Assembly: GCA_964016885.1 (NCBI GenBank)
Contig: OZ024746.1
Span: 94,426,001 to 94,490,000, forward strand
Reading direction: 5' to 3'
Source of the DNA: Eledone cirrhosa
Lineage: Eukaryota
Length of the DNA: 64,000 bases
Part shown: positions 14,289 to 25,488 of the stretch, one piece after another
Position numbering within the stretch: the first letter of the stretch is position 1
Layout: the number at the start of each line of letters is the position of its first letter
Translations under genes and position numbers: made by a program
Notes under the pieces: model-generated
What the model saw: only the letters and a program-made list of their open reading frames with translations
Databases searched by the model: none
What the model was told of the DNA's origin: nothing

Positions 14289-14689
14289 ATATATATAGTA
14301 ATATATAGTAATAATAATAGATGTGAAGACTAAAATCCGAAGAGGGCTCGATAAGGATTATATATATATAAATATATATAAAACCCGTAGAGCAAATATT
14401 TATTAAAATAACAGATTAAATTTTAAAGAAACAAAAGTAGTTCCACAACAGTTAGTTCGCCATACGGAGAACGTTTTGGGGATCCTCAGCTCGGTCTAAA
14501 AGAAGTTATATGGAAAAGGAAAAACAGCCGTAAGAATACGCATGTGCAGAAACAGTTGCTTCCCCTGGGGAAGTGAAACCCAACAGGTGCGTGTGTTTTT
14601 ATTGGCAGCATGACCCTCCCAAAGTATAACAATATCTGTTTCAACACACGTTTTCAGATAAGAAAACTCGCAAAACAAATTCAAAAACG

Positions 14690-14751
<62 letters not shown>

Positions 14752-14914
14752 AAGTATGACCCCGACGGCAGAGCTATTTCCAGAAATAGCCGTCGAAACG
14801 GCTTGAGCTCTGCCGTCGGGGTCATACTTTTTCCTATTTCCCACTCTACTACCCTAAGTATTGAGTACTCTGGTGCGTTATGGTCCATCTGGTTCCTTAC
14901 CACAATTCCTTTGT

Positions 14915-14960
<46 letters not shown>

Positions 14961-15637
14961 TCTATGTATGTATGTATGTATGTATCTATGTATATAGGGT
15001 CAAGTAGTAGCGTTGGTAGGGATCGAAACTGCCCAAGTCCATCTCAACGGCCATGGATTTCTTAACGTTTTTGAACGTTTCACCTGAAAAAATTGTTAAT
15101 TGTTTTGTTTTGTTTCCGTTGATTGTCTTGTTCTTTCTTTGTTAATTTTCTTAAGTATATATATACACTGCCTGTGTGTGCGTGTATGTGTGTGTACGTG
15201 TGTAAGTGGCCGCGTGTATGAATGTGCTTGTCGACACCTGGAATATATATTAAGAGAAACTTCACAATAAGAGGAATCCCCCCAGCACTTGAATCTGTTG
15301 ATGGAACCCTTTCTGCCTTTGTCACCCTTATTTCAGCCTTAAAGAATTAGCTTCTAATGAATTTCCCTATTCTTTAAACCATTGAACCCCACCCATCCTG
15401 TAGACACCTTACAGGCATTGTTAGTTTAAGTGATAAATTAGGATTGGTATTCCAATTTTGAATTTGTTTACAGTATTCTTTCTGCCTTTGTTAATACTAT
15501 AGCTTTAAAGAATTAGCCTTTAGTGAACTTCCTTTTCTTTAAATCCTTCAACCAATGACCTCCACACATCCCAATCCCCACCATCTCCTACCACCAGAAA
15601 AGAAAAGATATAAATACCACTACTTACTTGGACAACC

Positions 15638-15688
15638 AGCTTCCTGGTGATTTCTCACGAATGAAACAGTTGTAGTCCTGTAGAAGTT
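15638..15688 (+). ncRNA. Hammerhead-like motif (family D, CTGGTGA variant); related copies at 21263-21313 (-), 34821-34865 (-), 57773-57820 (-), 58119-58170 (+)
   Basis: agcttc-CTGGTGA-tttc(tcac)gaat-GAAA-cag(ttgtagtc)ctg-TA-gaagtt; the 34.8 kb copy has canonical CTGATGA. Confidence 0.65.
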
Positions 15689-15926
15689 CTTCTATATTAA
15701 AACTATATATATATATATATATAACGAAGGAAATGTGGTAAGGAACCAGATGGACCATAACGCACCAAAGTACTCAATACTTAGGGTAGTAGAGTGGGTA
15801 ATAGGAACGAGTAGGACCCCGACGGCTGAGCTCAAGCCGTTTCGACGGCTAATTCTGGACTAAATTATTTAGTCTAGAATTAGCCGTCGAAACGGCTTGA
15901 GCTCAGCCGTCGGGGTCCTACTCGTT

Positions 15927-15977
<51 letters not shown>

Positions 15978-16032
15978 GTATATATATATATATGTATATA
16001 TATATGTATATATATATATATATATGTATATG

Positions 16033-16240
<208 letters not shown>

Positions 16241-16270
16241 CATATATATGTATATATATATATATACATA

Positions 16271-16340
<70 letters not shown>

Positions 16341-16410
16341 CGGAACAAGTAAACATTAAACAATCTTTTAAATAAATTAAAATACGATTTAAATATTTAC
16401 CTCTTCTAGT

Positions 16411-16490
16411 GCCATGACCGACGGTTTCGCTAATCAAAAGATTGGAAATTCAGAGAATTTCCAATGGAAAGATATAGCTCTTCAGATAGC
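16411..16490 (-). ncRNA. Hammerhead ribozyme (family E), extended stem II
   Basis: gctat-CTGAAGA-gcta..attggaaatt(ctctg)aatttccaat..tagc-GAAA-ccgtcgg-TC-atggc; GUC cleavage triplet. Confidence 0.85.
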
Positions 16491-16944
16491 TTTTCAAAAC
16501 CTACTAGATATAAATCCATGTAGATGTGGATGTGTCGCTTTCTGCCCGGTGAATTAATCAAGCCGTTAAAACGACCACCACACAAATAGGCCGTAAGAAA
16601 AGGCGGGAATAATAGACTAGTTGATATTTCATGTTACTAGAAATAGCAGCATGATACAACATTTTTTTCTCAACATTAAGGAGAATTCAGATAAATGATA
16701 TAGATATTCCAGTTGGTACTAAGTACCCACGGAAATATATATGGTGTCTATAATAGTGGTTGTTCCATGGTAATAATTTGAGATACCAGAACTGTAAATA
16801 TGAGCGGAACTAGATTTCGTTTCTGAATTTGTTTAGCAAGATTCTTTATCTGAAAACGTGTGTTGAAACCGATATTGTTATACTTTGGGAGGGTCATGTT
16901 GCCAATAAGAAACACACGCACTAGTTGCTTTCACTCCAATTTAT

Positions 16945-17272
16945 AACACCTCCATCACCATCACCATCACCATCACCACTGTCAACGCAACCAGCATCAC
17001 CACTGTCACCACCACCAACACCACCGCTGTCGCCACCACCAGCACCACCACCAACACCTCCATCACCAGCATCACCACCAACACCTCCATCACCATCACC
17101 ACTGTCACCACAACCAACATCACCAATGCCAACACCACCAACACCACCACTGTCACCACCACCGACACCACCAATGCCACCACCACCACCAACACCACCA
17201 CCACCACCACTGTCACCACCAATATCACCACCGCTGTCATCACCCCCACCCCACCACCGCTGTCACCACCAT
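16945..17272. repeat. Degenerate (CCA)n repeat
   Basis: Direct reading. Confidence 0.9.
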
Positions 17273-17281
17273 CTTTTGAAT

Positions 17282-17791
17282 GTGGAGACTTCTGGTGTCC
17301 TTGGCCCTAGGACCACCTCTCTACTCACCCCCATCAACACCCCATAACAGTGGAGACTTCTGGTGTCCTTGGCCCTAGGACCACCTCTCTACTCACCCCC
17401 ATCAACACCCCATAACAGTGGAGACTTCTGGTGTCCTTGGCCCTAGGACCACCTCCCTACTCACCCTCATCAACACCCCGTAGCAGTGGAGACTTCTGGT
17501 GTCCTTGGCCCTAGGACCACCTCCCTACTCACCCCCATCAACACCCCATAGCAGTGGAGACTTCTGGTGTCCTTGGCCCTAGGACCACCTCTCTACTCAC
17601 CCCCATCAACACCCCATAACAGTGGAGACTTCTGGTGTCCTTGGCCCTAGGACCACCTCTCTACTCACCCCCATCAACACCCCGTAGCAATGGAGACTTC
17701 TGGTGTCCTTGGCCCTAGGACCACCTCTCTACTCACCCCCATCAACACCCCATAGCAGTGGAGACTTCTGGTGTCCTTGGCCCTAGGACCA
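17282..17791. repeat. 68-bp minisatellite, ~7.5 near-identical copies
   Basis: GTGGAGACTTCTGGTGTCCTTGGCCCTAGGACCACC.. recurs at 17282, 17350, 17418 ... 17758. Confidence 0.95.
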
Positions 17792-18019
17792 AAAGTGAGT
17801 TGTACCTGTGTAATTTGAAGGACGGACCTGACTTGTCACATTCTGTTTCACAGAGAACTACGTTAAGAGTACGCATGTCTGTGGTACTTACACGTTAATT
17901 TCCTGAGCAGGCTGTTCCATTGATTGTATCAACTGAAACACTCGTCGTCGTAACCGACGGAGTGAAACTGTGCACTAGGTACCCCACTCACACTCCCTAA
18001 ACTACTATCACATTGTTAC

Positions 18020-18210
18020 ATAATTGTTTCTACTTTTGGCACAAGGCCAGCAATTACCCAGTGCATTACTGGTACTTTATTTTATCGACCCCGTAAGGAT
18101 GAAAGCCAAAGTTAACCTCGGCGGGATTTGAACTCATAATGGCAAGGGCCGTAACTCTATACGTCAAAGCATGGCGCCCGACTCTCTACCAACACTGCCA
18201 ATCCACCGCC
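18020..18210 (-). mobile_element. tRNA-derived SINE
   Basis: Head, core and tail on - strand. Confidence 0.85.
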
Positions 18211-19679
18211 CTTTTGTTACTTAATGTGTTTCATATCAGTATATATTCTCTTCATTTTTTTTCTGCGATTAATTGTGCGTCTTCTAAATTTGTGAAGGGA
18301 CTATAAAGAAGGTATCTCCCTTCCCCTTTCAGTCTATCGCAGGTAACAATGTCGGTCACTTGATATTTAAGGCCGACAGTACTGCGTACAATGACATATC
18401 CTGTTATCATTTTCTTCAATAAAACTAACTTATCTGAAGCGAATTTGACGTTACAAGTAAGAATTTGTTACAGTCTTGAATTACTATTCAAGGAGTGGAA
18501 GATATCTTTAAATTTCTTACCGCTGTGAAAGCTAGAAAAAAAGCTTCCACATGACGTCCATTTTGTAGACCGCTTTTATGGGTTAGTCAATGTACTTACT
18601 AAGAAATTGTAGAGAAGGTCCTTGCTGAAATTAAGTTCAATGAACTACTCCATCTGTATTGTTTTTATAAACTTCTTTGTTGCGTTCATTGAGTCAGACG
18701 AAATGAATGAGCGGGTTTTTCAACCAATGATGTTCTTCAGTCTATATTTTCATTGATAGTAGTAAACTAAGCAAAAATCATGAAACGATTTGTAACAGCC
18801 GTATATAAACTTATAAGGTCATATATCGGAAGGAAAATCTTGGGCTGATCAGTAGTGTAATCATAATCATAACAAGCTAGTTGGCCGTTAACCAGATGTA
18901 CTTCTCACCTGTGCATCCTCTTCTTTCTCCATTCCTTTTGCTATTTGTCTATATTTCTATATTCCTGTTTTCTTTACGCACCTTCTCATTTAATATAGAT
19001 ACATAAATATTATCTTATCTTATCTTTAGACGTCTAACACTTGAAACGGGGAAACTGAAAACGGCTTTTCATGGTTGACTGTTTTGAAAGGAAGCTTCCA
19101 TTGGTACATATATCTGGTAATATAGCTTCACCATTAGTTCCGAGTGGCTTGTAAGTAGTATCTTAGCGCTCACACATCTCAGATAGGGAACTCAATACAC
19201 ATAAGTATTCACACACATTCTCGAGTCTAGAAGAAAACCATACGCCGTCTTATAGGGCTGTATTATTTATATGGCTGACTAGACAGAAACCTAGGGCTCC
19301 TGCGGGGAATAGGGGCCCGTAATTTATTTCATTTCTTTTATTTATTTATTTTTGTTTATTTATGCTGTAGTGGTGTGAAAGATTGAAGGGGCCCTGGATA
19401 ATTTAAAGCACAGAGTTTCGGTCATGGGTCAATATGGTCCTGCAGGAGGGACTAAACTATAAAACTTGTGCTGTGTTCCCTTTGTATATTCTATCTCTAC
19501 TAAGGGGGACCACAGTTCTTTTAAACTTGCTATCTGTATAATGTTACTAAAATGAAGCTGCCCCTCCATTCTTTACAACTACAAATTTTCATCGCCAAAG
19601 ATGCCTTCCATTTTTATTCAATCTCTCTTCCATTTAGAATTATCACTCTCCGTACAGCTGACTTCCACCTTAAAATGGG

Positions 19680-19960
19680 AATGACAACAGCCCGTAGGAG
19701 AACGCAGCACTGCCAGGTGGGGTGGCTGTTGCAGCAGGTGTCATTGAACATCGTCCGCGGCAATGCTTTTGCCATTTTGTCCGCGGTGCGCAGGCGAAAC
19801 ACCACTCTAACTTAGGTGTAGAGTTTGTCACCCTTTCCACTTCGCCTTTTCTTTCATTGTTTAATAATCCTCACCCTTTCCCTCTTTTTCCTTTCATTTA
19901 AAGTCGTTTGCAATCATATTTCCTTTTTCTTTGATTGATTTCTATCTTTTGAATATTTCA
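19680..19960 (+). mobile_element. 3' end of a probable CRE-like (RLE-encoding) non-LTR retrotransposon
   Basis: LLQQVSLNIVRGNAFAILSA resembles the terminal QRLS.A.QRGNA motif of CRE-type ORFs, followed by a stop and a T-rich UTR. Confidence 0.45.
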
Positions 19961-19982
19961 TATTCACTATATTACATGTAGT

Positions 19983-20200
19983 GGTGGATTGGCAGAATAG
20001 GGAGAGCGTCCGACAACATGCTTTATAGCATAAAGTTACGGCCCTTTCCGTTCTGAGTTCAAATCCAGCCGAGGTTGGCTTTGCCTTACATTCTTACAGG
20101 ATTGTGAAAATAAATCAACAGTAATGCACTGGGGTCGAATTAATCGACAATCCCCTTCCTCTAAATTATTGTTCTTCTGCCTAAATTAGAAACAATAATA
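19983..20200 (+). mobile_element. tRNA-derived SINE
   Basis: Head, B-box, core and tail. Confidence 0.8.
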
Positions 20201-20224
20201 TATATTGCATGAATTGGTTTCGGT

Positions 20225-20425
20225 CAGAATTTACGGGCGAAACCAACCGGCAGGAGACCCAGGGGTAGACCCTGAGCAAGACGGTTGGGTAACATCCATC
20301 AGCTTCGCAGGTCTCGCTAAGGGATCCAGCCGGATCCCATTTGGAGATGGTTGCTTCTAAGAGGACCCGCTGGAAGGAGTGTTTGGGGACTCTTTCCCCA
20401 CGACCCTCTCACAGATAAGTGGGCA
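20225..20425 (+). mobile_element. Decayed RTE-like LINE 3' end (homologous to ~36060-36450)
   Basis: AKPTGRRPRGRP.ARRLGNI-type RTE C-terminal motif. Confidence 0.6.
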
Positions 20426-20810
20426 AAAAAGAAGATAAATTCTGTTTATATGTATAATATGGCATAAATAAAACCTTCATTTAATTATCAGATTAAAATA
20501 TGTTAATTGTAAGCACAATCCTGACTCTTTCCAGCTTTATGAAATTTAGATTATAATCTATATCTAACATTGAATTCTTTGCACTTATCTCGGTCGTCAT
20601 TCTACTCCAGTACTAAAACATTTATTCACACACACACACACACACATGTATATATAGAAATACACACAATACATACGCATTCATGTATATATATATGTGT
20701 GTGTATATGAGTGTGTGCGTGTATATGTGTATCTATGTATTGAGAGAGAGAGAGGGAGGTAGATAGCTAGATAGCTAGATATACATGTATATATATATAT
20801 ACATAACGGC

Positions 20811-20854
<44 letters not shown>

Positions 20855-20921
20855 TCATGTGTGTGTGTATGAGTGTATGTATATATTGAGAGAGAGAAAG
20901 AGGAGATAGATAGATAGATAA

Positions 20922-20976
<55 letters not shown>

Positions 20977-21025
20977 TGCATATATATATATATATATATA
21001 TGCATATATATGTGTATTCATGTAT

Positions 21026-21222
21026 ACGTCCTATCGTTTCTGCGTGCAACTGCCCCACCGAGATAATTTCTGAATATTCAGACACCATCCTCGCCCCGTT
21101 GGTCGGCAATCTCCCCTCCTACATCCACGATACAAATCATGCCCTTAGACTTTTCAACTCTTTCTCCTTCCCTGCTGGTCCCTCCCGCCTTCTCTTTACC
21201 CTGGACATCACCTCTCTATACC
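21026..21222 (+). pseudogene. PLE reverse transcriptase fragment (Neptune/Poseidon-like)
   Basis: RPIVSACNCPTEIISEY..PLV..LPSYIHDTNHAL..LFTLDITSLY matches PLE RT motifs 1-A. Confidence 0.85.
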
Positions 21223-21244
21223 GTCATCCCTCATGTATATATAT

Positions 21245-21830
21245 CATGTTTAATATAGAAATGGCTTCGACAGAGCTTCAAATGTTTCATTCAAAAGAAA
21301 TCACCAGGAAAGTCGATTGTTCTTGTCTATTGTATTGATATGTTTTCTGGTAGTTGGAGAAGGTGGTGATTTTGGCGATGGGTGGAGGTCATTGGCCAAG
21401 GGTTTTAAAGAACAGAGATTCTTTGCAAAAACTATTTTTAGATTATACACAATAATACAGGGACACAGATAAACCTTGCCTTTTATCTGTGTCCCTGTAT
21501 TATTGTGTATATATCTATTGTGACCGTGGGTTTTTGTGGCCTTACTCCATGTGGGACCCTCGGAGGTCTCCCTATTGGGGAATTTATTTCTCTGCTAAAG
21601 GGCAGTGGTTTTTATAAGTGCAATTGCAGCTAGAATTGAGTTCAGGATTGTCCATAGTACTATAGTTAGACACTTTGTTTAAGTTAGAAGCAGTGATGTT
21701 CTGTGCAAGATTGGCAGTTGTGGAATAGGATATTTTAACAGGGTTTCTATTGAATATCTTATGATATTTATATGGTAAGGGGAAATGCTTTCTAATTAAT
21801 GTAATTAGGAAGCATTTCCCCTTCGCTCAT
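21245..21830 (-). mobile_element. Deleted PLE 3' portion (linker plus pLTR with family D HHR)
   Basis: GKCFL..LIRKHFP..YKYHKIFNRNPVKISYS and CNCTYKNHCPL linker motifs; 3' UTR homologous to 15530-15705. Confidence 0.75.
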
Positions 21831-21896
21831 AAATTGTTTGTTTAAACTTTTAATCTGTGCTAATAATAGATATTTGGTGTGCGGATTTATATATAC

Positions 21897-21970
<74 letters not shown>

Positions 21971-22057
21971 CTAATATCAAATATATATATATATAATATA
22001 TAGAAATCCGTAGAGCAAATATTTATTATTAGCACAGATTAAAAGTTTAAGCATAGA

Positions 22058-22113
<56 letters not shown>

Positions 22114-22210
22114 TTATATATATATATATATATATATATTATTCATACGTATGACTTTCTAAATGTTTATTTATAAACATACTGTATTTCTTTAAAAATA
22201 CGAAATGCAA

Positions 22211-22483
<273 letters not shown>

Positions 22484-22882
22484 TACTCTATATATACGAA
22501 AATATAAAACTCAAGTAACGAAACATGCTCTATGTTTCTATGTTTAGTCGGCGAACGCCTCTTTTGCTATATTCCTGTTCTATCTAAGAACAGTTTACGC
22601 AATTAGAAGCTACAACTTCATACTTCATTCACATTTCTGCTGTTTCATGGTCTTGGGCGCCGCTAATTTACAGTAACAGCGTCGGAAGATATCAGTTTTT
22701 CAATCTAAATATATATCCGACATATCTTCACTTTTAGACTTTCAGACATGAATGACGCTATGCTTGAGTTTGGCATTCTTTATTGTTCCGTTCAGGACCG
22801 CCGTTGAAACACTAACCTTTTCATATATGTCTCGCGAGTAGCTTCTCTCTCTAGCAAATTGTTGTTCTTTTAAACCCATGGC

Positions 22883-22966
<84 letters not shown>

Positions 22967-22972
22967 CTCTTT

Positions 22973-23342
22973 CTGATTCTTTTTTTCAAATACCACTTTG
23001 GAAGAAGAATCAGGATGGAGAGAGAGGTGCTGTACCGCAGCAAGTTTTATGAAAGTGGCGAGAATGGCCCGAGTGAATGGGCCTTCTCTCTATATCAGCC
23101 TGTAGATTGAGGAAAAGGAGGAGGAGAGGAAAGGAGTACAAGCTCTTCGTACTCCTGGAGATGAGGGTTGCACATTTTTTCGGGGGTATGTGTTACCCAT
23201 ATAAACTGTCTCCCTCTATTGGGGAAAATCGACTAACTTTTAAATTCCATCTGTGATAACATTTTACACGTTTTTATTGTATGTAAACTTCCCCCTTTGT
23301 ATTTGTCCCCTTCTTTTGTGCCCCTGTGGCTAATAAAGAAAT
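22973..23342 (+). mobile_element. 5'-truncated Tx1-like LINE 3' end with TSD, in (TATC)n
   Basis: Near-identical to 62133-62502; ends AATAAAGAAAT; TCTATCTCTCTTTCTG duplicated on both sides. Confidence 0.85.
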
Positions 23343-23570
23343 ATATCTATCTCTCTTTCTGTCTAACGTGTGGAATATCGCCGGTAAGTTTTTTGTTAAT
23401 TTCTATGCAAAAAAACCGATCTAATTGTTTGAAAAAAATACAACACTTTGTAGATTAACCCCCAAGCTGAATTGTCAGCTGGGTGGTAATCCCATTTTTC
23501 GCCCCTGTAGGGGCGAAAATTTTATTTAAAAGTTTGTTTTAAAATATCAAATTTTACAAAGTAAAAAAAC

Positions 23571-25447
23571 TTGAGCAACACTAGAACGCTGGAGAACGTT
23601 AATAGAGAAAAGAGAGAGAAAGAGGCAGATATTAACGTTATATCTGCTTCTGCTTCTATGGACGTTGCCATAGATACTGTCACAAAAGAAAAAAATATAT
23701 CAACATTTGAAAATGTTACAATTTCTACCGCCGAAGCGGAGAAAAATGACAATAACACACGGGAAAACACGGCAAAAAAACCCATTGACATACATACACA
23801 TGAAAAAGACATCAACAACTCTACAGATACATCTACACATAAAATTTCCAACAACGATAACATCATTATTAACAACAACATCACACAAAAAAAGAAAATG
23901 TCTTTCGCTGACACAGTCAACAAGAAACAAGATTTTATAAATCTTGATATCTCCAACGCAAGAGATATGCTCCAACAAGGGAGAAAATTTGTAACTTTCG
24001 AAGAAAGAGGTGGGTTTAGAATTAACTCACCCCTTGAAATAAAGGAAGACGCAAACCGCCGATCAGTCACTTTTAGGACTGTGTCAAATTCGTCAAGAAA
24101 ACCGACATTTGTTAATCAGTCAGATATAGAAGATTCTTTCAAGGAGATTCTAGGAAATGTCGATTTTCTCCAGCGAGGAAAACAGTACGGAAGTGTTTCC
24201 GTACTGTTTAAAAGCGAGGCACTGGCCCAAAAAACTCTGTGACACCAATAGTGTCAAAAGCATACACCTTTTTCCCTACATACATGGGGAAAAGGACACA
24301 AAAAATAAAAATAAAAAACATACCTCCAAGCATTAACATCTGGTGGATCTTGGCTGGCTTCGTAGAGCCAGAAACAAACATAATACTTTCGATACGAAAA
24401 TCCATTCGACAAAGGTGGGCGGGCACCGATTTGGAGATTCTGTTGCAAATGAAACCGGAGAGAATCTCCAAAATACCCGAAAGAGTCGTTATTGATAATA
24501 ACAACAAAATAAACATTTCGGTAGAAGGACGAACATTTCATTGCTTTCGCTGTGGTAGCACATCTCACCTAAAAGCCTCTTGTCCACAAACACACAACAG
24601 CAACATCATAAAAAAAACGCTATTACCAACACCAACACCAAAACAACCACCACCACCACCACAAGTACAACGACAGACGAAACGAGCAACCACACCAAAA
24701 CAAACAGACACTCAACCAACAACAACAGAAAAAACAGAGACAACACCCCTGAAGAACACATCCCCACTCCATCCCACTCCATCAAACACTACCACAAACA
24801 CACATACCGAAACACCACCACCACCACACAACATACCCTTACCCCACACACCTGACGATGATTATTCATCGACGGATGAAGCTGCTTCTCCTTCTTTAAG
24901 TGAAGAAGAGGGAGAACCGCGGAAATCCAAAAAACAAAAAAAGAGACATCACAAAACCCCCAAAACTCCAATCACCAACACCAACACACAACCACAGACA
25001 CAAACAACAACACAAACAACACCACAGTCAAACATCCCCCTATCAGCAAAACCAGCACCAACACCACCCCAAACACAAGCACCCACCATACAAAGAAAAC
25101 TCCCGGATGAACAACAAACTAAAACAATACAACAAAAACACAAACAACAATACGCATACATCAACACAAACAACAAGAGTTTGATGGAGGTCATCTCCCA
25201 AAACCCCAAGGTGGAGACGGAGGGCAAAACTTTCGTCAAGGCAGAATCGTCTCCACACCTTAAACTTATAAGGGTTTCTATGGAAACCTATAAAGACCTG
25301 AAAATTAAATTTTCACAGGACGTGGGCAACCCCTGCCACAAACCCATCAACCGCGTCCTGTTGAAAGGTTTCCCCACCCCACCCAACACCCAATCCAGCA
25401 CCCAAATGGAGATTGAACAACCCGATCTCCAGGAAACGAAAAGGTAA
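23571..25447 (+). pseudogene. Tx1-like ORF1 (gag-like, CCHC), frameshifted near 24239
   Basis: CFRCGSTSHLKASC knuckle; clear homology to the ORF1 at 62.8-64 kb (YTFFPTYMGKRT.KIK..NI...NIWWI.AGF); start codon uncertain. Confidence 0.85.
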
Positions 25448-25488
25448 GTGCACCTTTCGTCCTTTTTCTCCAACTTTTCTTCACCAAC

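Noticed and set aside
17282-17791. CRISPR-like array
   Set aside because: The would-be spacers are near-identical, there are no cas genes, and the context is eukaryotic
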